A stretch of 50,478 bases of DNA from positions 161,445,701 through 161,496,178 of the forward strand of contig NC_068982.1 of NCBI RefSeq assembly GCF_001194135.2. Direction: 5' to 3'. Under the pieces are notes generated by a model that was given only the letters and a program-made list of their open reading frames with translations, did not search any database and was not told where the DNA came from. The first letter of the stretch is position 1, and each line of letters starts with the position of its first letter. The DNA is from Octopus bimaculoides. Its lineage: Eukaryota. The position numbers and the translations under genes are program-made. This document shows, piece after piece, positions 36,601-50,418 of the stretch.

Positions 36601-37686
36601 CTTGAGCAAGGTACTTCATTTCATGTTACTTGAATCTACTCTGCGAAAATTAGTATTGACAATAGCTGAGGGTTAAACTTATGGCAAATTGATGTCCTAT
36701 ACAGAGAGGAGTCTTGTACTCATAGTCTTACACTTTGGAAACCAAAATGAGCTCTAACCTGATATTCTTGCAGGCTCAAAACAGACTTAAAAGTATAACT
36801 ATAGTCTCTGTACTGCTACAACCTCTTTGATGCTCTACTGCACTATGCATTACCCTGATATTTGATTATGTGTGTCAACACTTGATATATTAAAATAAGT
36901 ATCTTTTTTATTGGTTAATATGACAGGGTCATAATCTAATTTTTTTCCTTTCAGTATCTCAGTTGCACTTGTTTGGTAAAAGATTTAATCTGAGGAATAA
37001 TTGATAATATTAAATAAAGTAACTACTTCAGTTCTATATTTAAGAGATGAGGAATTATGTACACTATTTACATTTGACGGATATTTCTCCTCATCTTGTT
37101 TGTTGTAAATAATGAAAGTAACTACTGTTGTCCCACTCTTTTAGTCACTGAACTGCAGCCATGCTGGGGCACCACCTTGATGGTATTAGTTAATGAACTA
37201 GTCCCCAGTGTTTATTTATAAGCAGAGTACTTATTTTACTGGTCTCTTTACTGAACTGCTAAGTTATGGAGATGTAAACAAGCTTATACTAGTCGAGCAA
37301 TGAGAAACAAACATAGCATACACTTATACATGACAGGCTTCCACACAGATTCATTCACAATGCATTGGTCAGGCTAGGGCTTAGAAGATACTTGACTAAG
37401 GTATGCACTAGGACTTGAACCTCAACTGCGTGCAGTTGCGAAGAGAACTTTTTAACCACCCAGCATGCTTATACCTGCTTAATAGTTTTTTTAATTTCTA
37501 TTTTATAATACTAAATATTTTAATGTTTTATTACAGAATTTTCCTAATATTTACAAAATATAATAATTACTGATGTAAAAACAAATGAACATATTGTATG
37601 GTTAAGTAGTTCTCTTCACAGTCATATAGTTCTAGGTTTGATCCTATTGTTCTTGGGTGATACACTTAATCTGCTGCCCAGTTTAA

Positions 37687-37906
37687 CCCTTTAATATTTA
37701 AACCGGTCATATCCAGCCCAAATATTCTATATGTTTTATGTTCAAACTGGCCAAATCCAGCTTTTCACATCTACCCTACAATGTCATTCTAAAAACGTAC
37801 AGTCACATCATTGAAATCTCTAAGCTAAAAGATAATGCACAATTAATTCAAAATAATGTGAATAAATAAGCATTACATTTGAGAAAGTAATTTAAATGCT
37901 AACGGG
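37687..37906. mobile_element. piggyBac-like MITE
   Basis: TTAA at 37683-37686 and 37907-37910; imperfect TIRs CCCTTTAATATTTAAA / TTTAAATGCTAACGGG. Confidence 0.7.
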
Positions 37907-39183
37907 TTAATATCATCTGGTCTCTGAATGCCTTTAGCAAGGTCTAACTCTGTTGCAAATATTAAGACTTAGAGGCTTTGCAGAAAGTTCATGAGTGTTC
38001 TTTATCTGACTAAGCTGCCATAAATAAGACAAAACCTACATGTAAATAACATAGTTTAGCTGTAGATTATCTTAATCTTATTATCATTGACTTAATACAA
38101 ACTTTGTGGCTTTGTGTTGTCACTATTAGACGTAAAACAATGTGGGGTGCAACCATTTGAATTATATTGACAAAATAGATAATGGTTAAATATTCAGAAT
38201 ATAAAAATAAATACAGCAAGACATTATCTAGTGCTCTACTAATTATCTCATCCACTTAATGCCTTTATTAGAAAAAAATGTTTAAAAGAAACTACCCTTT
38301 TTAAGCTATTCCAGTATATTCCAATGGTGCCGAACTACAGATCTCAAAGCTACTGTGTCTAGCAGGTTTCAATGCTGTTTTTTTTTTAAAAACAATTTTT
38401 AACATCATACCAACAAGAGTTAAAAACATTAACATCCAAAATGAAGACTTAATAAAAGCCTTCAACAATCAAAGATTAATCAGTCTAGTGAGACAAAAAT
38501 GTGTAATGGTATATTTTGAGAAATTTAATTATAAAAAATATATCATGGCTCTTCAATGTAAAACAAAAAAATGTGGGTCTTCTTATCGAACAACCAGGTC
38601 ACCCCTGATATATTCTATTGTTGATTATCTCGAAGTTAGCCTTGATTGAATTCATGAATGATCAATAGCATTCCAACCATGAGCGTTTTGCATCCTCCCA
38701 CCCACCTGAAATAATTTATCTAGAGCTGTGTAATCAAATGAGTCATTCCTTTTTAAGATAGTAGGATATGTTATAAGGAAGATTTGGTAGCTATTTCTAA
38801 GTTGGATGACCATATAGATACTGGTATATCCTGTTATTTTATCTTTATCGACTGCATGCTCACCAAAAGTGCCAAGCTGAAACTTATAAAAACCATAGTT
38901 TGACTAGTTACTCTTATATGGATGTGAAGGATGGTTGATACCAAGTAACTATAGATGATGAGCTACAGATGAATGCTGCAGATTAGTAGGGTGGCCTATT
39001 GAATCAATGGTTCAGTTTTGGAGGAGGTGGGAGCAGAATGAAACTTAGCAATGATGGTTAGATGGGGGAAAACCGAAATATCATATTCACATTATCAGGG
39101 CCTACACCCTTAGGGGAGGAAGATGGAGTGTGACAAGGAGTGATGTTTGTGTCAAGCCCCCAACATTCAACCAGCCATGTGAA

Positions 39184-39918
39184 TGGCCATATTCTTTGTA
39201 GAAAAGGTGTAGGTAGAAACTCCATAAGATGTACCCAGTGTAAGCTATGGACACGATGTGCAGCAACATCAAAGAAAGATTAACCGAGAAGACAGCTTTT
39301 GTGTGCGACAGATGTACAGGGGCAATAAACACCACAGATGCTCAGAAAACAGATTTCATTACACTCCAGGGGGAGAAACTAGAAATAGTTGATAGCTTCC
39401 GCTACCTAGGTGACCAAGTTAGTAGTGGGGGTGGATGCTCAGAGAGTGTTACCACTAGAATAAGAATAGCCTGGGCAAGGTTTAGAAAGCTTCTACCCCT
39501 ACTGGTGACAAAAGGCCTCTTGCTCAGAGTGAAAGGTAGATTGTACGATGCATGTGTGCAAACTGCCATGCTTCACGGCAATGAAACATGGGCCATGACT
39601 GTCGAGGACATGTGTAGGCTCGAAAGAAATGAAGGTAGCATGATCCACTGGATGTGTAATGTCAGTGTGCACACACGACAGAGTGTAAGTGCCCTGAGAG
39701 AAATGTTGGACATAAGAAGCATCGGATGTGGCGTGCAAGAGAGATGTTTGCACTGGTATGGTCATGTACTATGGATGGATGAGGAGAGATGAGTGAAGAA
39801 GTGCCACTCCCAAACAGTTGAAGGAATCCGGAGTAGAGGTAGACCCAGGAAGACATGGGATGAGGTGGTCAAGCATGATCTTCGAACGTTGGGCCTCACA
39901 GAGGCAATGACGAAAGAC
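39184..39918 (+). mobile_element. RTE LINE ORF fragment (PHD-like finger + RT thumb/C-terminus), running into an assembly gap
   Basis: LEIVDSFRYLGD...TRIRIAWARFRKLLPLL...GRLYDACV...AMLHGNETW...RGRPRKTWDEVVKHD; gap 39919-40576. Confidence 0.88.
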
Positions 39919-40576
39919 NNNNNNNNNNNNNNNNNNNNNNNNNNNNNNNNNNNNNNNNNNNNNNNNNNNNNNNNNNNNNNNNNNNNNNNNNNNNNNNNNN
40001 NNNNNNNNNNNNNNNNNNNNNNNNNNNNNNNNNNNNNNNNNNNNNNNNNNNNNNNNNNNNNNNNNNNNNNNNNNNNNNNNNNNNNNNNNNNNNNNNNNNN
40101 NNNNNNNNNNNNNNNNNNNNNNNNNNNNNNNNNNNNNNNNNNNNNNNNNNNNNNNNNNNNNNNNNNNNNNNNNNNNNNNNNNNNNNNNNNNNNNNNNNNN
40201 NNNNNNNNNNNNNNNNNNNNNNNNNNNNNNNNNNNNNNNNNNNNNNNNNNNNNNNNNNNNNNNNNNNNNNNNNNNNNNNNNNNNNNNNNNNNNNNNNNNN
40301 NNNNNNNNNNNNNNNNNNNNNNNNNNNNNNNNNNNNNNNNNNNNNNNNNNNNNNNNNNNNNNNNNNNNNNNNNNNNNNNNNNNNNNNNNNNNNNNNNNNN
40401 NNNNNNNNNNNNNNNNNNNNNNNNNNNNNNNNNNNNNNNNNNNNNNNNNNNNNNNNNNNNNNNNNNNNNNNNNNNNNNNNNNNNNNNNNNNNNNNNNNNN
40501 NNNNNNNNNNNNNNNNNNNNNNNNNNNNNNNNNNNNNNNNNNNNNNNNNNNNNNNNNNNNNNNNNNNNNNNNNNNN
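39919..40576. other. Assembly gap (N run); a second small gap lies near 46705-46716 between (GT)n and (GA)n
   Basis: N characters. Confidence 0.99.
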
Positions 40577-40623
40577 AATTAGGGATAATTTCAAAAAGGA
40601 ATGAAAAATAAAAACATTTACCA

Positions 40624-40665
<42 letters not shown>

Positions 40666-41006
40666 TATGTGCATGTGCATGTTTGTATATAAGCCACTTA
40701 CAAGTGAATGTGACTTTGCTACATGTAGCAATTTTTTATTAATTGCTTCAGGTGACTATGTGGTCTCAAAGTACATAGATACCCTCTCAGCAATCCTGTA
40801 CTTGACCCACTGGAATACTGAGGATGTGAGAGATGGAGGGTTGTATGAGCTCCTAATCATTTTCTCCAATGAGCAAACTTGTGCTTAATTGGGAACACTT
40901 TTGTAATAGCGTCATCAATGCACTGCACAAAGCATATGATACATGATGACAAGACTGGAGCAGAGTGAACTATACGACTGTGACGAGAACTACTTAACCA
41001 TATCTA

Positions 41007-41893
41007 CGAAGGGGTACCCAAAAGTAACTGGAAACATTCTTTGTGAGACAAGCCCATTATAGTTCAGGCTTACTGCTGCTAGAAACCACTGGATGTGACT
41101 CTCGGGCATCAGTCTGCTGAACAGTGGTGTCGTACTACTATGTGATGTGTCTTTGTTTTGCAGTGCTTCTCCCCTGTTCTTTGATTTTTGCAATGACTAA
41201 AACAAAGCAACAGTGTACTTCTGTGAAATTTTGTTTTCTGCTTGGGAAAACAGTGGCTGAAACAGTTGTCATACTCCAGACAGCTTACAAGAACACTACT
41301 ATGAACAAAACACAAGTTTACAAGTGGTTTTCACACTTTAGAAATGGTCACTTGTTGCTTGAAGACCAACCTTATTCAGGATGACTGCCGACCTCCTGAA
41401 TGAATGAAAACATCATGAAAATTCATGAACTGGACCATCACCAAATAGTTAACAAACTTGTTGATATGACTGATGTATCCTGGGGCTCCTGCCAACGAAT
41501 TTTGATTGACGAATTGTGAATGAAAAGAGTTACAGCAAAATTTGTGCCTTGCTTGCTCATGGAAGATCAAAAGCAGTCACGACTGAACGCGTATCGTGAA
41601 CTGAAAGAACAGTTGAAGTTGATCCAGACCTTTATTCGGAGGTCATCACTGGTGACAAAAGCTGGTGCTATGGAATTTACAGATGTGGAAGAGGTGAAGA
41701 AAAAAACAACAGAGGCATTAGAAGGCATCACTTTACATGAGTTCTAGCACTGCTTTGAATAGTGGAAAATGTGCCTGGATCGATGCATTGCTTCAAATGG
41801 AGAATACTTTGAAGGCAATAAAAGTGTAAACATGTAAAACTAAGTGAATAAGATAATATTGCAGAATTCTAGTTTCTTTTGGGTACCTCCTCA
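41007..41893 (+). mobile_element. Internally deleted mariner (Tc1/mariner) transposon with transposase remnant
   Basis: TA flanks at 41005-41006 and 41894-41895; TIRs CGAAGGGGTACCCAAAAGTAACTGGAA / TTCTAGTTTCTTTTGGGTACCTCCTCA; remnant from ATG 41193 (KFCFLLGKTVAET, KRVTAKFVP, ITGDKSWCY, ASNGEYFEG) with stops. Confidence 0.9.
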
Positions 41894-42256
41894 TATCTGT
41901 TGCTGTTAAAATGTTCATTTGTTTTTACCTGAGTAATACTATATTCTGTAAATATTATCCAAGAACACAACATGTTTCTCATTCCAGGGATTAAAGCCAT
42001 GATCACAAGCCCAACATCCTAACTACTAGGAAATATCATCATCATTTAACGTCCATTCTCCATGGATTGGATGGTTTCCAAGTAGCAGGATGCATTACTA
42101 AACTTCAGGTAATTTTTTCATGAGCTGTGTCATGTAGAAAGTATTTTTCTGTGCTTTTCTCTGTGTTAGTATTTTTACATATTTTTTTATTATATATATT
42201 TTGGGGACTCATTGACTAAGATAGCTGGATTTATGATTTCACTAGGTTAATTCTTA

Positions 42257-42440
42257 TTTCTTTATTGCCCACAAGGGGCTAAACATAGAGGGGACAAACA
42301 AGGACAGACGGAGGGATTAAGTCAATTATGTCGACCCCAGTGCGTAACTGGTACTTAATTTATCGACCCCGAAAGGATGAAAGGCAAAGTCGACCTCGGC
42401 GGAATTTGAACTCAGAACGTAACGGCAGACGAAATACCGC
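42257..42440 (-). mobile_element. 5'-truncated SINE with a Meta-type central domain
   Basis: Minus strand reads GTCGACTTTGCCTTTCATCCTTTCGGGGTCGATAAATTAAGTACCAG, recalled as the MetaSINE core; tRNA head missing. Confidence 0.7.
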
Positions 42441-43593
42441 GAAGGAGTATTTCTTAAACTGTTAGCTTCACATTTCAACAGCTTAACTGAAATTTAGCCC
42501 ACGTAACAGGAACTGAGGGGGATATCGTGGAGCAGAGAAACTGTGGGTGATACAGATAATATAACATTATTTTTGAATTCTGCATGCAGAAACATACAAG
42601 ATACAGGTATTCTTTTCCTTGGGACAAATTCTTTGTTGACCAGTGTTATTCTTATCGTAGTTTACAAATCCAAGCATGAAAACGTTGCTCAACTTTTGAG
42701 TTTTGGAGACAGACACCGCCTTCACATACACACACACACATGAATGCATAAATGTACATATAAACTTATATATGAATACATGCATCCACATGCACTTATA
42801 TATTTAAAAAATAATAAAACCATGCAATCAAAGAAGAGACAAAAGAAACAGTAAGATGATACATGTTGATTTCATTAGGTATCTCCGTTTATTTAGAAAC
42901 CTACAATGAACAGGTCAGACGCTAAACTCAAAATTTCACAGGGTACAACCTTAAAGTTGACACTGCTTCACTAAATGCAGAAAATTTCTGTCTCACTATT
43001 GGCTAAAAATATACAGTTTTTTCAATTTTTAAACCTCTGTCACTTTTTTCTCCAATTTTTGCCTCCACAACATTATACCTTCAAAGCAATGAAACTGGAA
43101 GGCCACATTATAATAGCCGATTTTCAGATTTTTTTCTGTTTTTTAAAAAATGCATATTTTGCGAATGAAAAGAAACTAGATCCAACTTAGCTATAATTTC
43201 ACGAACAAAATGATGGCCAAAACTGAGTGATGTTTATGAAAGTTATTTCTTAAATATGTTAATAGTTATTATGCTAGAGAACCTATGCAGAGAACTACAA
43301 TAGTTCCCCCATGTTGCTTACAATTTTAACAAGGAGTTTTAATATTTAATTATTATTATTATTATTATTAATACAGTATGTCATATCCGTGTGTGTGCGC
43401 ACACGCGTGCACAGTGGAAACTGCTTATTGCAATCATTTGGAAAGAATAAATATTCATAATAATAATAATAATAATAATAATAATCAGTTGATAATCAAT
43501 TTTGAATAAATGGTTTGGAACCTGCTAATAGTTAGATGCTCTTCCTAATGCTAACCACTTTACAGAATGAACTGGGTGCTTTCTACATGGTAC

Positions 43594-43624
<31 letters not shown>

Positions 43625-45045
43625 CATGTTCACACCCACAAATATACTGTGCAACTGTTAATCCAGACACGGTTTGTTCTCTCCACCTTTGTTCTTCCTC
43701 TCTCTTCATTTGTTTTCTCTCATTCCTTTCTGTAGATGAGCATAAGCCCAACACATCAAAGATTTTTTTCATTTCTCCTGAGCATCAAACTAATACAACT
43801 TGTTTGTTGTTCCCTCCCCTGTCACTAGCTTATGTTTTTTTGTCTTTTGTATAATTTTGAACCGCACACACATTCATTTGGATTTATTAACAAGAAGAAA
43901 AGAAGACTCATTATGTATATAGACTTTATTCATTGGTGATGCTGATTAAGAAGAACAGAGCTGAAAGTCTCAGAGTTAGGGCAGTGTTAGCCTCAGAGTT
44001 AGTCCTAGCTTTACACACTCCTAATCATCATCATCATTTACATCTGTTCTCGAAATAATATTTTGGGATTTTCTTGTTCTTAACTTATTTTTATATTTTG
44101 GAATTGGATATGTATCCTTATACATCCATGTATGATGTTTCAGGTAAGTTTTACTTACATTTTTAAATGATCAATAACTTGTTGACATACATATGCAATA
44201 TAAATTTAATTTCCATTGATGTGTTTTCAAATTATTAAAACCTGTATACTTACTCATATCATCACTTCATTATCATTATTACAGTCAATACTTGGTTATT
44301 GATACAAACGTTCTGATGTCACACACATACTTATCAATATTATCATTTTATGTCCGTTTTCTTTGCTTATATCACATTATCAACAGCAACAGTGGAATAA
44401 ATAGTATTATTATGTAATTGTCTTTTATATTGTTTCTTTCTCCTCTTTTTCTTATTGTGAATGAGGCATCAAGTGTACAGGGTCAAATGACTATTGGTCA
44501 AGAACTATTTAGGAATTGCAGCAAGATTACTTGCATAGAATAAATTTTCACATTTGAATTGAAACATGTACTTATTTGTCAGCTAATAAATAACTCTTGG
44601 GAAACAGCTGATAACTGAGAGATGGATTTTAATATAGAATACTGGCATCTTTTCAACAGGAACTTTTTGATTTTTTTTTTATGTACACACCTTTGTAAAA
44701 ATTGTTTTCCGTTCCATATATTTCTTCACAACTGCAGAAGTAAAAGGTAAAATAAATTTTGCTTGAAATTGAACTCAGAACTATGTAAGATAAAATGTCA
44801 CTTAAATCTGAGCTCAGTAGTATGAGGTTTCTTCACTGTTATATTGGGTCACAAATCATTGTTTTTTATGTAACGGTTCCCTTCTGAATGACGGCCAAAA
44901 TATATGTATCGACTTTTACCATATCGCACTGGAAATAAAAAAAAAATTTCATTTAACTTGGATTATCTGAAAAAATAGGATTAGTGCTAGATAAATTGGG
45001 TTATCTGGAAAGTGTGAGTATTATTTAGGGTTTATCAGTCTAGAT

Positions 45046-45296
45046 CAGTGGTTCTCAAATGGGGTCCGTATGGCCCTTGGGGATCTGTATAAGATTTTGC
45101 TTTAAGATTTATCTGCAAAAAATTAGTTATACTTCTGCTATATACACAAAATATTAAATAAATTTTTATACTATTTCTAATATTTAATTATAAAAGCATA
45201 ATAAGGTTTTTTAAACATCAAATGGTTGGGAAGGTCTGTCCAAGTAAAATAGGACTCAAAGGGGTCCATTGGTAAAAAATGGTTGAGAAACAATTA
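45046..45296. mobile_element. hAT/Charlie-like MITE
   Basis: Left TIR CAGTGGTTCTCAA preceded by GTCTAGAT (Charlie-type target); degenerate right TIR TTGAGAAACAATTA followed by GTCT. Confidence 0.55.
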
Positions 45297-45873
45297 GTCT
45301 TTTCCAGGTGGTGCTATTGAGTTAGTCATAGCCTGGGCTGATAATGACCGAAACCAAATCTAAGTTATCTAAGTTAGATAGTAATACGAATAGAGTTAGT
45401 GTTGTTTTCAAACAACTGGATCTGTATGCAATGCACAAATATCAGGATACTAGCTTTGTGTTTTCTTTCCACAAATATTAGTATACTAATTGTGTACAAA
45501 TATATGCACAAGTAACGCTATACTAGCCCTCTGGGTACTTGGTGTGACTAAGCGTTTGGTTATGTCTCTTTATATTCTACATAAACAACCTTGACACTTC
45601 CAGCAACATAAACAATCCTATATTTTTGATATCACAATTCACTCCCCTCAATTAAGTTTGATATCAACCCGTCTGGGACCACTCCTGGTTCTAGGATATA
45701 AACTTTCAGTTTTAAAGACAACTAAATTTAAAACATTACATTTAATTTATATTCTAAACACCGGCTTAGTAACAACAAAGTTATTTTACCAAATTCATTA
45801 TTTTGAAGTTAATTGAAGCTTCAATGACTGACAACTGACTTAGTAAACACACACAAAATTATTAACCATCGTA

Positions 45874-46246
45874 CCAACAACCACCTTGAACACCTTTTTG
45901 AGCTCCATGTGTCTAACACGTGGGCATGCCTACAAAGTCAAAAAACAGCTCCCATGACTTTTGGAAATGTCTTTTCACACTCAAGAGTTGCCGAAGCATG
46001 GAACAAACTACTTGCATCAGTTGTTAGTTGCCGAGACATTGCATCCTTTAAAACCTCCATGCTCCTTGAAATTCGCCAACACTACACTTGATATCCCCCA
46101 CTCCATATGCATGCACACATGTATACCATGACTCTTACACTGTTCACTTTTCTGACTTTTGTACATAATTCTGTGTACTGTACATGAACCTTTGAATAGT
46201 TGTAGTGCATCTGAGCACTATACACAATAATTTCATTCTTATTATT
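45874..46246 (+). mobile_element. CR1-clade LINE 3' end
   Basis: Frameshifted C-terminal motif NT(R)GHAYKV...FSHSRVAEAWNKL.ASVV...SFK typical of CR1; ATT-type tail. Confidence 0.75.
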
Positions 46247-46658
46247 AAAGGTACAGTATTTCAACGAAAGCAGTTCTGGTGATATCCCAGTCATGCAGAA
46301 GTTACCACATATACACAATTAGCAAGAGATATAAGGTGTAATTCCCATCAGAATTTTTTTTTTTGTGACTCAATAGCTATGCGGTTAACATGCTGGATTA
46401 CTGTACACAAGCTTCTAAGTTCAAACTTAGCTACAACCACCGAATTATGTATGTGAGTAAGTATGTGAGTGAAATTTAAAGAATTCAGTATCTAGGGACT
46501 CCAGTGTTTACCATACTGGCTGTATAATATTTTTTACTTCAATTACTTGTTTTCCTCTTATATTTCAACCTGTCCATGTTGAGTAGGGACAAATTTCTCT
46601 ATAAGATAACATATTCACTTTGTTACTGCTGTTGTTTTAGTAGTTTTTACTTATAATT

Positions 46659-46704
<46 letters not shown>

Positions 46705-46716
46705 NNNNNNNNNNNN

Positions 46717-46758
<42 letters not shown>

Positions 46759-47071
46759 TGTTGAAAGTGTGTGTGAACAAGAGTATGTCTTTCAGATACA
46801 CTGTGCATTAGAGAGAAAGTGAGTGTGTGTGTGTTTACATGTTAGAGATAGAGTGTGTTTGAGAAAATACCAAAAAGAGAGAGATACTGTAAGTTTGGTG
46901 GAGAAGGGAAAGAGAATGTACGTTTGGGAGTTTCATACTACTTTCAGAAATGAGATACAAAAATTAGATAAATCAAGTAAACTTACCATTTTTGCCATGT
47001 TTAGAGTCAGGAAGTGGAGTAAATCTGGACTCTATATATTTTTCATGACTCTGAGTTAAAAACATTTTATC

Positions 47072-47083
47072 ATGATAATGATG

Positions 47084-47117
<34 letters not shown>

Positions 47118-47169
47118 TAATAATAACAATAATAATAAAAATGATAATAATAAAAATGATAATAATAGT
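47072..47169. repeat. (TAA)n microsatellite abutting the R4/Dong element
   Basis: About 30 mostly TAA units. Confidence 0.95.
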
Positions 47170-47171
47170 AA

Positions 47172-49920
47172 ACAACATTCGAAAACATTCAACCTATTGA
47201 TAAAGACATCTCTGAACATGATGTTGATGGAGGCAACTTAGAACTTGAAGTAGTAGACGGCCGAAATGAAAGTGAAGTAACAGGATATAGGAATGAACCT
47301 GAGGCTGCAATGGCTGACACAGTCACCAAAGCCAATAGAGAGAAAATACTTGAGGCAAACAACGATATCCTGAGAGAGCTAGGCATCTCTAAACATCTAG
47401 AAATGAATGAGAGAGATCAACTACCAATGTTTCAGAAGACCAAACCAAATCACTATGATCAAAATATATTACTATGCCCTGAAGCAACTTCTCCTTGAAA
47501 CTAAGACAGATTTTAACCTCATTAAACCATCTTATATAGTCAACAGCTATTGCTGCCACAAAGAAAATAGGCCACAAAAAAGCACAAACACCCAAGGTGG
47601 AAAGAGCGCTTAAATAAGGAAATCGAGAGTTTCCGACAGGAATTATCTATCTTAGATGAACTCTCCAAAAGAAATAGTGTAAAAACAAGAAGGGCTAGAA
47701 AGATAAAGCAAAAATACAATCTGACAAACAAGAATGAAGTCCTGAGAGCAAAAGAGGTGGTTAAGCAAAAAATGCAGGTTAAAAAATGCAAGTATGAAAA
47801 GAGAAACAAATTTTACAGGCAAAATAAGATATTTAAAACTGATGCCAAGAAATTCTACTGAAAGTTAGGGAAACAGTCCAAATTAAAAGACCAGCCAGAT
47901 ATGAAAGATGTAGTGACATTTTGGAAAAGCATATGGAATGATAGAAGGGAATTCAACAAGGAAGCTGACTGGGTAGGGAGAGAAGAAGAAAGAATGGCTG
48001 AGATTGAAGAAGAGATGGAACAATATTACAATGTAGAAACTAACAAGATCTATCTAAAACTCATAAGTGGAAGTTTCCTGGACATGATAAAATGCAAAAC
48101 TTCTGGCTTAACAACCTCTCATCATTACACTGTCAGTTAATGGAATGTTTCTCTAATGTCATCAGAAACCCCTAAAAGACTCTAAGCTGGCTAACATTAG
48201 GGATAACATACCTACTCCCTAAAACAAGTGACACAAGAAACCCCCAAAACCACAGGACAATCACTTGTTTGACCACCATGTACAAAACACTTATATCCAT
48301 CCTCACTAAAAGGATGTATCAATTTCTCGATGCAAACAACATCCTTCCCCTTGAACAAAAAGGGTGCAAAAGAAACTCATACAACTGCAAAGACCAACTA
48401 TTAATAAACTGTATAATACTCAAAAATTGCTCATTCAAAAAATGAAATCATATTACAGCATGGATTGACTATTGTAAGGCATTTGACAGTATCCCACATA
48501 GCTGGATCTTAAAGGCACTAAATATATACAAGATCTCTCCTTTCATAAAAGGTTTATTGGACTGTGGGATACAAAATTGTTTCACAACCACAAAAAAGGT
48601 TCACGTGTATCAGAGAACATCAAAATAGACCATGGAATATTCCATGAAAGTTTACTCTCTCCTCTCCTCTTGTCTTTCCTTCATTCCCTTGTACCATGAG
48701 CTGAATAGAACAAATCATGGTTACAAAAATGTTTGTCAAGATCATCTCACACTTGCTCTACATGGATGATCTGAAACTATATGCAAACGATGACAAGGAT
48801 CTGAAAGGGCTACTAGTAACTGAAAAAATTCAGTGATGACATAAATATGAAATCTGACCTTGACAAGTGTGCTTGTTCAAACTTGGTAAACTGACAGCTA
48901 ATACCATAACCCAACTTGATCATGATACAGCTATCAAAGACCTGGATCAAGAAGGTTTTTATAAGTATCTTGAGGTACACGAAGGGAAAGAGATTCAACA
49001 TGGATCAATAAAAGAGATCAGGAAAGAATATGTCAGAATGGTCCTCGATACTGAGCTGAACTCCCAGAATAGAATTGCAGCTATAAACTCCCTGGCAGTA
49101 CCAGTTGTCCAGTATAGCCTTAATGTCATCAACTGAAATCTGAGTGAACTCCAGCATATGAACATAAAAGCCAGGAAACTGCTGATACTAAACAGAATGC
49201 ATCACTCAAAATCAGACATCCAAGGCTCTATTTCCCATGAAAGGAAGGCAGTAGAGGCCTAATTCAAGTTGAAACATCCTATAAAACAACTACAATAGAA
49301 CTCCAAGTGTACATCCAAAGTAACACAGACTGGATGATACAGCTGGTAAGGCAACATGAACAGAGTAAGAAACTCTACTTAATCTCAAAGGAGACATAAA
49401 TATAGATGAAAGCTTAACCTCCCTGATTATGATGATAAGGAGGACACACCATCCACTAAGACAGCAAAAAGGTGTAAAACAAAAGCCAGGCAGGAAAATT
49501 TGAAGGTAATATTGAGAATGTGGCAAAAAAAAAACAAACATTGCATGGGTAATACCCCAAATGAGCTGGGGAAGCTAATGTAGATATGAGAAGAACTGGA
49601 AAGTGCTGGTTTGAAAGCCGAAATAGAAACATTTATCCTAGCGGCACAAGATCAAAGTCTTCTCACTCAGAACTATCAAGCTAATGTCACACACAATGAG
49701 GTAGACACAAAGTGTAGACTCTGCAATGATAAACTTGAGAGTATTGACCACACTGTTGCTGGTTGCTCAGTCCTTGCCCCTACAGAATATAAAACTAGGC
49801 ATGATTGAGTTGGCCAATACTTTCACTGGAGCGTATGCTGTCATAATGATATCCCACACCCTAAGAAATGGTACAAACACCAGCCAGAGACGGTCACTGA
49901 GGGAGAGAATGTTACCATCA
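47172..49920 (+). mobile_element. Decayed R4/Dong-clade non-LTR retrotransposon (RT + CCHC), lacking the RLE 3' end
   Basis: FWKSIW, RTITCLTTMYK, KAFDSIPHSW (about 48477), HLLYMDDLKLY (YMDD 48759-48770), AINSLAVPV, AAQDQSL, CRLC...DH...GC (from 49713), YKTRHD; many stops and frameshifts. Confidence 0.88.
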
Positions 49921-50418
49921 ATACACATTAATACACATTATAAAAGGAAAAAAACAAAAACAAACTAATGTCATTTTCATATTTTCATAAAAAAAAAACA
50001 TCACCAAACATGAATAATGTACAAAGTACAGTCAACTGTCATAGTTGCAAGCAAGAATGGCTTGGTAAATGTATCATGCTTTTTCTAATTGTTCTAGATG
50101 TTTATGTAGTTGTAAGCAAATTTGACCCAGTGGCACATCCAGGATGTAAGAGCTGGACGGAGAGAGAGATCTGCACCAACACTTGACTGGTGCTCATTAA
50201 TGCTGAGTAGACTGGAGCAACGTGAAGTGCCTTGCTCAATGATGCAACAAGCCACTGAATCTGGATCTTATGATCATGAGCTGAACATGCCTAATATTAA
50301 GAACACATGCACTCACAGCGTAGGTGTAAACATTAAAAAAATGTTTCATCTCTGAGGATGACATTAATAGACCAAAAATCTTATCTTATCAATAAATACC
50401 CATTCGAGTGATTGAGCT

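Noticed and set aside
39793-40624. 272-aa and 242-aa ORFs
   Set aside because: Mostly N-gap translated as X.
44100-44150. Strong donor CAG|GTAAGT suggesting a second gene
   Set aside because: No convincing acceptor, reading frame or partner exons found nearby.
47310-49968. Several ORFs as host genes
   Set aside because: All are frameshifted pieces of the single decayed R4/Dong retrotransposon or its antisense.
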